DNA of 22,177 bases, counting the filler, from Lophium mytilinum (Eukaryota): assembly GCA_010093605.1 (NCBI GenBank). It is 14 parts of 14 records of this genome, joined end to end, with 100 filler letters (N's around TTAATTAATTAA, not from the genome) between each part and the next. Parts side by side here need not be neighbours in the genome. Positions count along the whole stretch, not along the records: positions 9,595 to 11,123 come from MU004221.1; positions 11,224 to 12,685 come from MU004222.1; positions 12,786 to 14,136 come from MU004223.1; positions 14,237 to 15,578 come from MU004224.1; positions 15,679 to 16,994 come from MU004225.1; positions 17,095 to 18,343 come from MU004226.1; positions 18,444 to 19,674 come from MU004227.1; positions 19,775 to 20,949 come from MU004228.1; 6 more parts are not named here. One strand, 5' to 3'. Positions 9,597 through 21,049 of this stretch are shown here, in pieces. Under the pieces are notes generated by a model. It searched no databases. It had not been told where the DNA came from and worked only from the letters and a program-made list of their open reading frames with translations. Made by a program: the position numbers and the translations under genes. Position 1 is the stretch's first letter, and each line of letters begins with the position of its first letter.

Positions 9597-11123
9597 ATAT
9601 TTTATTAGGTTAAAGATTAAGATCTATTTAATAAATAGAGTATTAATTTAATTAGTAGATTACTATAATTAATCTATAGGAATTACTAGATTATTACTAC
9701 TATTAATTACGCTATAGGTTGGCCTAAAGCTGCTACGCTTTCTAATACTTAAGCTAAGACTATAGTAATATTTATCTATAAAAGAATCTACTACTAGTAT
9801 AGACCTCTAGCGGTATTTACTTCTAATAATAGTTTAAACTTTCTTTCTAAAGTTATTATAGTACTATAAAAGCTTATTAAGACTTACTATAATATTATAA
9901 TACTATATTACTCTTAGGTAAATAGTAAGGTAGAGAGGCTTAATAGAGTCTTAGAAAATATTCTTATAAAGCTAATAATTAATTAAGATATAGCTATATA
10001 GAATATCTAGTTGCTAGCTATAGTATATATAATACGCACTTAGAATACCTTCTATAGCTATACTCCCTACTACCTTATATATAGTAGACATTCTTAAGTA
10101 CCTAATAATACTTTAGTACCGGCTCTTAATAAGACTATAGATAAAGAAGCTAAATTAGAGTATTATTTAGCCTATATTAGGAAAGTTTAATACGTATATA
10201 TACTAGTAGAAGATTAGCTACTAAAGAAAGTAATTATAGTAGGCCTATAGGATCTATAACCTCTATTTAAGGAGTATCTAGTTACTTAATAGAAGATTAG
10301 TTTCTAGGTACTTCTTTAAAATAAGGTTAAGAGAAAATTTAGAGTAAAATAGTTTAGTCTATTTAAAATTATTACTACTTATTCTCTTAGTACCTATATA
10401 TTTTAAACGCCTACTAATTAAGTATTAAAGAACCTTATTTATAGTAATAGGTTAGTAAATGCACGCATTAATACTTATATAAAGTTTTAGAACTAAGAAG
10501 ATTCTAAATATAGCTTAGAATATTCTAATAATATATTAGAAGATAACTAAGTACTTTAGAACTAAGAGGATTTTAATAATGCTAATAAAAAGCATACTAT
10601 ATATTAAAAAGAAGTTAAACCTAGTAATAATACTATTATAGATATATTAGATATAGATAACACTAATAGAAAGCTATAGTCTAAGTTTACTACTATTTCT
10701 AAAGTGGAATAGAATTAGAAGATTACTAAGTATTAATTAAAATAGTAGTATAAGGGCGCGGAGCTCTTTTAAAAAGAAAAAAAGAATACTTAGAAACTAC
10801 CTAAACTAAAGCTATATTAAATACTAAGAGATTTTAAAAAGAGAGTTCTTAAGAGAGACTAATAGGCTACTAAGAAAAAGAGACCTAAAAAGAGTTAATT
10901 AACTATTATACTAGTATAGGTTACTAGCTTTATAGTTATATAATATAAAGATGCAGGTAAAACTACTATAAATACCTATTAGAAAGTTTATATATATAAG
11001 CTAGAGATAAGTTAAAATAAGCTTAATATTCTATAGGGAACTAGTAATTACGCAGCACCTATAGAATAACCTAATAATGTATTAGTGCTAGCTATAGATA
11101 CTAATAATAGAGAACTATTAGAA
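9597..11123 (+). mobile_element. pol: Ty3/gypsy integrase (rve core and GPF motif) relic, RIP-inactivated
   Basis: Single frame: LFNK*SINLISRL...IITTINYAIGWPKA (=PFDKWGIDLIGRL...AIDYATGWPEA), TSNNS at ~9819-9833 (=TSDNG), LYYS*VNSKVERLN (=PYHPQxNGKVERLN; VERLN 9930-9944), TPYYLIYSR, and *FSLFK at 10350-10367 (=WFGPFK). Confidence 0.92.
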
Positions 11124-11228
11124 NNNNNNNNNNNNNNNNNNNNNNNNNNNNNNNNNNNNNNNNNNNNTTAATTAATTAANNNNNNNNNNNNNNNNNNNNN
11201 NNNNNNNNNNNNNNNNNNNNNNNTAAGA

Positions 11229-11433
11229 AACTCTTAGCGTTGTAAAAGGTATTAAGTATAGTATTAAAATAGTATTTGCTATAGAACTAACTCCAGGCAT
11301 ATTTATAACCCGGTATTTCCGAGCTAGAACTAGTTTAGAATATACCCTAAGCAGCGTACTAATTACTAGAATAGGTAACTCTTAGCGTTGCAAAAAGTAT
11401 TAAGTATAGTATTAAATTACTCTTTACTATAGA
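11229..11433. repeat. 57-bp direct repeat, 148-bp spacing
   Basis: AACTCTTAGCGTTGYAAAARGTATTAAGTATAGTATTAAA... at 11229 and 11377. Confidence 0.85.
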
Positions 11434-11599
11434 CATAATTCTACGCCTAAAGTGCGCTTAGTTAAAGCGGTATAGGTAATATCTTAAACCGGTTCTAGAT
11501 TTACTTAGTAATTATTACCTCTTATTCAACCTTCTATAATACAATTAATTTATATAGTTAGAGAGATTAATTATATTTAATACTATATAAATATAAATA

Positions 11600-12685
11600 G
11601 TTTAGAATATTTCTAGATACTATATAATAGATATTCTAAATAAATTAGTACTTCATATAATATAACCTAAATATATCTTAATGCTAAAATAGAGATTTTC
11701 TAACCAAATTAGCAATAGGTGCATTATAAATAAGATGTATTCTAAGTATATCTAGACACTAAATAATAGATAGTCTAAATTAATTAGTACTATATATATT
11801 ATATAAAAAATGTTTTTTAAGTATATCTTAATGCTAAATGATAGACAGTTAAAAGAAAATTAACACGACGTGCATTATAAATGAAAGGTATTTTAAATAT
11901 ATCTTAATACTAAATAATAGATATTCTAAAGAAATTAGTACTACATGCATTATATGAAAAATATACTCTCGATATATCTAAATACTATGTAATAGATATT
12001 CCAAATGAACTAGTACTCTAGATTATAAGTTAAAAATATTCCAAGTATATCTAGATACTAAATAATAGATCTTCTAAAAAGATTAGTACTATTTGTAATA
12101 TACATGAAATGTATTTAAAATATACCTTAATGCTAAAAAATAGACAATTTAAATAAATTAGCACAACGTGTATTATAAATGAAGTATATTCTAAATATAT
12201 CTTAAAGCTAAATAATAGATACTCTAGATGAAATAGTACTATATTTATTATGTAAAAAACATATTCTAAGTATATCTAGATACTAAATAATAGATGTTCT
12301 AAATAAATTAGTACTTAAAGATTATAAGTTAAAGATATTCTAAATATATCTATACACTAAATAACAGATATTCTAAAGAGATTACTACTATTTGTATTAT
12401 AAACAAAATGTATTCTTAATATATCTAAATGCTAGATAATAGACATTCTAAATAGATTAGCACTACGTGCATTATATATAAAATGTATTCTAAATATATC
12501 TTTATAGTAGATAATAGATATTCTAAATAAATTAGTACCCTAGGTTATAGATTAATTATATTCTAAGTATTTTTAGATACTAAATAATAGATGTTCTAAA
12601 TAAACTAGTACTCTATAGATTATAAATTAAATATATTTTAGTTATACGTAGATACTAAATAATAGATATTTTTAATAAATTAATA
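11600..12685. repeat. ~75-bp satellite, ~15 monomers, with a 299-bp four-monomer higher-order period
   Basis: The TAGA anchor falls at 11767, 11842, 11918, 11993, 12066, 12141, 12216, 12291, 12365 (CAGA), 12440, 12515, 12588 and 12663 (spacing 73-76). Approximate consensus TATTCTAARTATATCTWRATRCTAAATAATAGAYATTCTAAATAAATTAGTACT...ATTATA. Confidence 0.92.
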
Positions 12686-12785
12686 NNNNNNNNNNNNNNN
12701 NNNNNNNNNNNNNNNNNNNNNNNNNNNNNTTAATTAATTAANNNNNNNNNNNNNNNNNNNNNNNNNNNNNNNNNNNNNNNNNNNN

Positions 12786-14136
12786 TAGATATTAGAAAGA
12801 CCTTCTACTACTACTAAGACCTAAAATATATACTACTACCCTAGGCAAGAAGATTATATATTTACTAACCTATATTTAGTTCTCTTACTAATAAGTACCT
12901 ACTTTATTAACTCTAAAAATAGTTCTATATTTAAAGTTAGCCTTATAAACCTAATATTATTCTACTTAAATTATACTACTTTAGGTAAGGCTATTAGCTA
13001 CTATATAGCTATATATAGGGAGAAAGAAAAAAAAGATAACTATAACCTTTAACTAGAAGTCTAAATTTATACTAAGTATATTCTTATAGTTAAGCTATAG
13101 ATCTTAATATTCTAGAAGACTAAAAGTATATAAGCAGCGCTATTATTACTAGAGACCTATATTTTTATAAATAAGCTATAAACCTTAATATACTAGAAAA
13201 CTAGAAGTATATAAAAGGCGCTATTACTACTAGAGACCTTAGTAATAGCTAAAGCTAAAAAAAAGAACTTAGAAATAGTAGTATTAGAATAAGAAACTTA
13301 AGGTATAACCTTAAAGAATAAATATAAAGCGCTATTTAATAAACTAGAGCCTATAAACCTTATAGAAGATAAAGATAAATTAGATATATACTACTTTAAT
13401 AATAGAAAGAACTAGGTAGAGAAAGTTAACTAGAATAAAGAAAATACTATAGAGAAGATATTATCTATAGAAGACCTAAATAGCTTAAAGGTAGTAGAGG
13501 CAGCCTTATATAAGGCTAAAATAGGCCTAATTATAGCTTAGACTAGTATTAAGAAGGCCTTAGAAATTATGCGTACTTATATAGTAAGAGATAAAAAGAA
13601 AAATACTAACTCTACTATCTTCTACTTCTCTAATATTATTTAAGAGACGCCTAAAAGTAGATATAGAAGGTATATATACTTAGTATAGTAAGTACCTTCT
13701 TAAGAAATTACTAATTTTCTAGTATATATATAGGTAGAAAGCAGCCTTAAATAGAACTATATAAGTTTATCTATATATACTCTCTATATACCTTCTATAC
13801 TCTTATACTACTACTAAGTTAACTTTTAATAGATGCGTAGTATATATATATACTTTATATTTTAAAGCCTACCTCTACTCTAAGCTTTAACTTAAAAACT
13901 ATTTATCTATCTACTTTTAATATAAACTCTCTAAACTATATATACTTAAAAATACTACTAGTTTTATAATACCTATTTAGAGATATTCTATAGTTATAAT
14001 ACCTAGCGTATTAAGCTATAATATAAGGGATTAAACCTAAGGCTAATTAAGAATAACTATTAATAATAATAGTATACTACTATAAAGATGCACTTATATA
14101 AGATTCTAATAGTATACTTAAAAAAAAAGTATATAG
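12786..14136 (+). mobile_element. Unclassified RIP-degenerate repeat with an 81-bp internal duplication
   Basis: RIP-type bias. 68-bp direct repeat at 13091-13158 and 13172-13239. A charged, stop-poor plus-strand frame lies at ~13314-13640. No family recognised. Confidence 0.45.
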
Positions 14137-14236
14137 NNNNNNNNNNNNNNNNNNNNNNNNNNNNNNNNNNNNNNNNNNNNTTAATTAATTAANNNNNNNN
14201 NNNNNNNNNNNNNNNNNNNNNNNNNNNNNNNNNNNN

Positions 14237-14868
14237 AGATTATCTAGGTTAGTTGTACCAGAGTTAGCATATAATAAACTAGTACTTAATAGTATAAAAC
14301 AGGATGATAATCCACCTAATAAAAAATACATTAAACCCCCTGAGGTTGCAGATTCAGAATTTCTATATATTGTGGACAGTAAATATAAACCATAACTTTG
14401 TAGTTCTATAGATAAAAATATGGAAACTAAATCACTTGTAGACACTAAAAATAAACTACCTAACACTATAAATAATATGATTAACGGGTATTCAATAATT
14501 TTATATTGCTCACTCATTTTATTTAATATATTTGTATTATAATATATTAATTTACAAAATAAAAGTCTATATATAGAGCTATATTTTCCAGTTCATACTT
14601 TTCTAGGATAAAATGCCGTTAGATTTAAGATTATAATGCTTAATAGTACAATAAATAATTGTATTATATTGTTATTATACTTAGTGTAAAATAAACCGCC
14701 AAATAAACCTACTCCTTTGGCTAAAAATGTTATATATAAATTATTATATATAATTAGTGCTGTTAATATTAACAGCACAATTCCTACACGTGAATATAAA
14801 ATGGATTTGTCTCGCCTTAGCGTTATTGCATTAGATAATAATAAATAAAATAATGTTAGTGTTAAGAT
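14237..14868 (-). CDS. nad2: Mitochondrial NADH dehydrogenase subunit 2, 5' ~210 codons (truncated by contig end)
   Basis: The ORF-track pieces 14593-14778 and 14237-14517 are one frame when TGA (14595-14593) is read as Trp (code 4). Motifs [47 protein letters not shown] and [17 protein letters not shown] are fungal nad2. The first codon is uncertain (ATC at 14868). Confidence 0.96.
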
Positions 14869-14869
14869 A

Positions 14870-15080
<211 letters not shown>

Positions 15081-15389
15081 CTACGAATCTCTATAATAAT
15101 AGAATATAAAATTCATCTACGGTAATTTTCATATCAGGTTATTATGATTTGGATTTTAATTACCAGCCCTCATATAGTACCTAACCCACTAGGTTATAAC
15201 TTTTATTTTTTTTATATTCTGTTTATTTTGGGTTACATCTAAAGTTTATGAAAACAATATTTTAATTAAGGTAGTTGTTATTATAAACACACTTTTATTT
15301 AAATTAGCAGATATACTAATACTTATTATACTAAATCTTGGCATTATGGATATATAAACCACCCCAAAATGCAAAAACCCTATTCTATT

Positions 15390-15392
<3 letters not shown>

Positions 15393-15420
<28 letters not shown>
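15393..15420. repeat. (AT)14 microsatellite in an AT-rich mitochondrial-type spacer
   Basis: Perfect AT run followed by a T run and low-complexity AT sequence to the contig end. Confidence 0.95.
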
Positions 15421-15429
<9 letters not shown>

Positions 15430-15678
15430 TATTTATATTCCTAACCTGTAAACATATATATATATATATTTAGTATTTTTACATTTATTCGTATTTTTTA
15501 TATTTATTTGTTTCTTATATTTATATATTTATTATATTTATTATATTTATATATGTATAGATAGATATTTATTATATANNNNNNNNNNNNNNNNNNNNNN
15601 NNNNNNNNNNNNNNNNNNNNNNTTAATTAATTAANNNNNNNNNNNNNNNNNNNNNNNNNNNNNNNNNNNNNNNNNNNN

Positions 15679-16994
15679 TAAACTTACTACCCCCTAATTA
15701 CTTTCTTTTCTTAATACTTTATAGTAATTAACCCTAAATAGCGCCTATAGTAAGCACGTTATCTATACTAGAGGTTCTAGGCTATAGTTAAGTTATAAAC
15801 TACTTTCTAGTAGGTTAACACTATAAGATAGAGGTGTAAGGTATAGACCTTAATATACTTAAACTATACTTACCTATTCTAGTCTAGTTAAACGCGGATA
15901 AACCTCTCTTTAAACCAGGTTAAAACTATAAGATACCCTCCGCCTTTACTAGAGCGTATATATTTAAAGAGGGGGATATCTTCTACCTCTATAACTTTAA
16001 GTATATTAGTAATAATACTCTATATTTTAGCTCTATTAAACTAACACCCGTAAGCTATATAATATTCTAGCTAATAATACTAAGCTAATAGAATAAGCAT
16101 TTTATTAATTAAAGCTGCACCTATCTATACGCAGTTAGAATATAATTCTTTTATAGCCCTACGCTATAAGATATAATACTAAGATAAATTATCTAAAAGA
16201 GTTGGCAAGTATTAGCCTACTTAAAGAGATAAGTAAGCACCCCCTCTTCTATAGATACCTACTAATATAATATCCCTTTTCTAGCTATTTAGGTAATACT
16301 ATTAAGACTCTATTATCTATAATACTTACATATACGCGTTACTAGGTAAGATACTAACCTTTACCCTTCTAAAATTCTTCTATATATATAGTTGCGTCTA
16401 CTATATAGACCTAAATACTAATAAATACTTTAGCCTATAACTATTATCTTCTACTATAATATATATAGATTACGGATCCGCTAGCCTTATAGATAAGTGC
16501 ACCGGTCTAGACCTGCTCTAACTAAATATAGCTAACTAGTTAATAATACTTTAAAACCTCTTAAGTAATATCTATATATAATATATTATTAACTATAAAT
16601 AATAGTTAAACTATAACCTACTAAAGCCTTTTAATCTAGAGGACTTTTAGTACTTAGTTAATCTATATATAATGGAACTTACTAACTATAAAACTAATTT
16701 AGAGATAAGTAAAGTATTTAAGTTAAAATTTAAGCCTAATATAGATAACACGGAGAAGAAGAATATAGAGACGGAGGTAGGTAAGGTAGATAATACTAAA
16801 GCGGAGATAGAGGTAGATAATATAGAGATAGAGGATAGCGGGCAGAAGGCTTCTTTTAAGCGTGCTTAAGTTATATAGTAGGTAGTATATATAGTTAGTC
16901 TAGACCTCTAAATATAGTAGTTTATTCTATAATAGTGTCTATATTTAAGTATAAGGTATAATAGGGTTTTAAAAATATTAATATATAAGTTAAT
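15679..16994 (+). mobile_element. Unclassified RIP-degenerate repeat, copy A, ending in an acidic-tail ORF remnant (16672-16869)
   Basis: 15679-16608 is the reverse complement of 19775-20704. The frame of the listed ORF extends upstream through RIP-type stops (...DYGSASLIDKCTGLDLL*...). Confidence 0.7.
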
Positions 16995-17339
16995 NNNNNN
17001 NNNNNNNNNNNNNNNNNNNNNNNNNNNNNNNNNNNNNNTTAATTAATTAANNNNNNNNNNNNNNNNNNNNNNNNNNNNNNNNNNNNNNNNNNNNAAAGTA
17101 TATAGTTTATAGTCTATAAGTAGAAAGTATATAGCTACTTATAGTAAGTATAAGCCTTTATAGTATAACTAACTAATAGTAAAAGAAAGAAAGCCGCATA
17201 TATATACTATTATAAAGTAGATAGGCTATTTAAAAATAGAAGGGCTATAAGAAATAGAAAGTATATAGAAAGTATATATTATAAAGTATATAGTAGAGAT
17301 CTAAAGCTAACTATCTATACTAAGTACTAGTTAAGAGGG

Positions 17340-18343
17340 GGCGCTAAGGCCTGCTATAGTATAGTTAGGGGTAATAGTAGGGCTATAAGTAATAGTAAGG
17401 CTATTAGTAATAGTAAGGCTATTAGTTATAGTAAGGCTATAGGTAATAGTAGAGCTATAGTATTAAGTAGAAGGGCTAGGTCTACTCTCTTTCTATCTCT
17501 CTCGCTATTAAGAGGTAGAGTAGTAGGTCTATTTTCTATAGAAACTACCTAGCTACTATTTTAGGTCCCTTTTTACTTTTATATATTTCCTTATATATCT
17601 AAGTCTTTACTTTTTTAAATAGTTTACCTCTACCCTCTATATGCCTCTTATAGTTTATTACTATATAGTATAGTAATTAGAGGCCGTACCTATAGAGGTA
17701 GGCTAGTATTAGGTAGCCTAGTACCTATATATAGTATAGGTATCTATTAAGCCCTATATACTCTATTTATAGATTTATAAAAATAGTACTTTTAACTTTT
17801 ATAAGCCCTTTATATATAGTCTTCTATTATTTACTCTATTTAGTATTAAGGGCTAGCGTTAGTAGCCTGCGCCTTTCTATTTTATAAAAGAACTTCTATA
17901 TCTTCTTCTATTTTTCTTTATATTTATATTTAATTATAAATCGCCTTAAGCGCTTATAGACTTTATCTAATTTATCTTTATACCTAGTATATAACCTTAT
18001 AGCCTTTACTATAAGGTTATAGAGTATATTATAGTAGCTAGAGCTATACTTTAGCTTTATAAGTAGTTTATAGTAGGTATAGATTTCCCTTTATATATTA
18101 CTGCATACTATTTTAATATACTAGTATACTAGCCCTTTATGCGTATAGTCTATATAAGCTACTATAAGTTTCTCTAGTTTTAGCTAGAGTAGTAGGTATA
18201 ATATTTTATATTCTAGTACTATATATAGTACTTATAGTCTTATATGCCCCTAAGATTCTCTAGAGATATTAGTTCTAGGCTATTTTAAGCTACTTAATCT
18301 TTATCTTACTAAGCTACTCTAGTATATCTAGTATAGTATACTA
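17340..18343 (-). mobile_element. Tad1-clade LINE ORF2 C-terminal region with CCHC finger relic, RIP-inactivated
   Basis: *N*YL*RILGAYK (=QNQCLRRIxGAYK; GAYK 18250-18239), YKGLIKVKST..NL*IEYIGLNRYL (=H.GL.KAES...LRTEHIGLN.YL; IGLN 17757-17746), AYLYRYGL*LLYYIVINY (=ACPCGYG.Q...H....C; ~17703-17650), then VAR*FL. Small frameshifts may be present. Confidence 0.88.
17371..17460. repeat. 18-bp tandem repeat x5 (GTAATAGTARGGCTATWR) at the ORF2 tail
   Basis: Units at 17371, 17389, 17407, 17425 and 17443. Confidence 0.92.
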
Positions 18344-18443
18344 NNNNNNNNNNNNNNNNNNNNNNNNNNNNNNNNNNNNNNNNNNNNTTAATTAATTAAN
18401 NNNNNNNNNNNNNNNNNNNNNNNNNNNNNNNNNNNNNNNNNNN

Positions 18444-19674
18444 AGAAGGTAATAATTCTTCTATTAAGACGGGTTCTACTTAAGTTTATTAGAACTTAAC
18501 TGTAAATACTAGAAGATTATAAAAGATATACTAATTATAAGTTATATAATAGTTTTCTCTAAAGGCTTCTAAGGTGCAGTTAGTTATTAAAAGGGCGTGG
18601 GCGTAGGGCGGGTGGAATAAGAAGCCCTAATATTTATACTAGAAAGACCTCTAGGGTTTTTAAAGATAATTAGAAACGGATCTAGAATAGAAGTAGGAGT
18701 AGGCTCGCTAGCCTCTTCTACTATAGCTATTTAGTCTGCAGCCCTCTTCTTTTTATCTCTCTTGCGTTAGTTTAAATCTACTATTAAACGTAATTTAGCT
18801 ACTTTTTACTCTTTTTTATTCTAGTACTTTTAGGGGCGTTCTATACTAACTACTAGGTATAGTAGTAAGGGGGATAATAGTTTAGAATATAGAGCTAAGG
18901 AGCAGAAAGTAGTTAGGGAGTATAATTAGTTAAAAATAAGAATTTATTAATATTCTTATTATAGGGCTTACTCTACCTAACCCGTTTTAACACTCCTTAT
19001 AGATACTGCTACTTAGTTAAGGTTGCTAGGAAAGGGCCCTAGTAGAAAGGCTTCCTGCAGTAGCCCTATTAATTGCTTTATCTATAAATATTATATAAAC
19101 TATATTCTACCCTTTACTTTATATATTTTATTTAATGCGGCTAAAATTTCTATTATATAAGAATACTATCTAGTAGTAACCTATACTAAGGCAAGGCTAT
19201 TATAATATAAAACCCTTTCTATTATATCTATTACCCTCTATAGGCATCTACTACTAGGACTTTACCTTTTCTATAATACTTTAAATTTAATTGCATATAC
19301 TATATATAGTATTATAGCTCTATTATAGTATCTTAATATTTAGAAGTTATTATATATAGTAGTAGAAGGCTGCTTAATTATAGGGCTATACTCTATACTG
19401 CTAGCCGCCCTCTTTTCTTACCCTCTACACCTATCTAGAGCTATAACTATAGCCTATAAAATATTTCTAAATTACTAGAATGCTATTATATTATATAATA
19501 AGTAATTTTCCTTATAAATATCTTTAACCTTATATTATAGTAGTTCTATATAGCGCTAGTTAAGGTCTTTATTAAGTATAAGGCTAGTATTACGCTAAAC
19601 TCTTTAAGTAACTTCTATTATTTAGAATCTTATCTCTATATATAACTACTACTACTACTATAGCCTATATATTA
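18444..19674. mobile_element. Unclassified RIP-degenerate repeat
   Basis: RIP-type bias. A Pro/Ser/basic minus-strand frame at ~18860-18444 may be an ORF N-terminus; no diagnostic motif. Confidence 0.4.
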
Positions 19675-19774
19675 NNNNNNNNNNNNNNNNNNNNNNNNNN
19701 NNNNNNNNNNNNNNNNNNTTAATTAATTAANNNNNNNNNNNNNNNNNNNNNNNNNNNNNNNNNNNNNNNNNNNN

Positions 19775-20949
19775 TAACTATTATTTATTATTAATAATAT
19801 ATTATATATAGATATTACTTAAAAGGTTTTAAAGTATTATTAACTAGTTAGCTATATTTAGTTAGAGCGGGTCTAGACTAGTATACTTATTTATAAGGCT
19901 AGTAGATCTATAATTTATATATATTATAGTAGAAGATAATAGTTATAGGCTAAAGTATTTATTAGTATTTAGATTTATATAGTAGATATAACTATATATA
20001 TAGAAGAATTTTAGAAGAGTAAAGATTAGTATCTTACCTAGTAACGCGTATATATAAGTATTATAGATAATAAAGTCTTAATAGTATTACCTAAATAGCT
20101 AGAAAAGAAATATTATATTAGTAGATATCTATAAAAGAGGGGGTACTTACTTACCTCTTTAAGTAGGCTAATACTTACTAACTCTTCTAGATAATTTATC
20201 TTAGTATTATATCTTATAGCGTAGAGCTATAAGAGAATTATATTCTAACTATATATAGATAGGTGTAGCTTTAATTAATAAAATGCTTATTCTATTAGCT
20301 TAGTATTATTAGCTAGAATATTATATAGCTTACGGGTATTAGTTTAATAAAGCTAAAATATAAAGTATTATTACTAATATACTTAAAGTTATAGAGATAG
20401 AAGATATCCCCCTCTTTAAATATATATACTCTAGTAAAGGCGGAGGGTATTTTATAGTTTTAACCCGGTTTAGAAAGAGGTTTATCTACGTCTAACTAGA
20501 CTAAAATAGATAAGTATAGTTTAAGTATATTAAGGTCTATACCTTATACCTCTATTTTATAGTATTAACCTACTAGAAAGTAGTTTATAACTTAACTATA
20601 GCCTAGAACCTCTAGTATAGATAATATACTTACTATAGGCGCTATTTAGGATTAATTACTATAAAGTATTAAGAAAAGAAAGTAATTAGAGAGTAGTAAG
20701 TTTAAGTAGCTAGTAAATTTAATTAGGCGGCTATTATTAATAAAGAGAAATAGGTAAAGATAGTAATATATAATTTTAAAAAGTAAAGTAAGGCAGCGCT
20801 AGTAGAGTATACTAGCGTTATCTAGTATTATAGAAATTATATAGAAAAGTATATAGTTATTATCTTATATTAATTAGCCTTAGAGGTTAATAAAGCTAAA
20901 TAATACTTAATTATCTCTTAATAGTAGGGAAAAATTAAGAATATCTTTT
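19775..20949 (-). mobile_element. Unclassified RIP-degenerate repeat, copy B (same family as 15679-16994)
   Basis: 930-nt reverse-complement match to 15679-16608; it extends the family by 245 nt (20705-20949). Confidence 0.75.
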
Positions 20950-21049
20950 NNNNNNNNNNNNNNNNNNNNNNNNNNNNNNNNNNNNNNNNNNNNTTAATTA
21001 ATTAANNNNNNNNNNNNNNNNNNNNNNNNNNNNNNNNNNNNNNNNNNNN

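Noticed and set aside
11600..12685. 75-bp repeat as a 25-aa protein repeat or CRISPR array
   Set aside because: Monomers of 73, 74 and 76 nt break the frame, stops are abundant, and the whole monomer is repeated with no unique spacers.
14185..14778. Two separate small membrane proteins in the ORF track
   Set aside because: They are one nad2 frame split by a TGA-Trp codon, and the 3' end of the track ORF is linker Ns.
16672..16869. 65-aa ORF as a stand-alone gene
   Set aside because: It lies in RIP-mutated repeat DNA, and the same frame continues upstream through RIP-type stops; best read as a surviving C-terminal piece.
18444..18860. piggyBac-like transposase N-terminus on the minus strand
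   Set aside because: Only a vague Pro/Phe pattern; no catalytic motif or TTAA-flanked TIR pair was seen.
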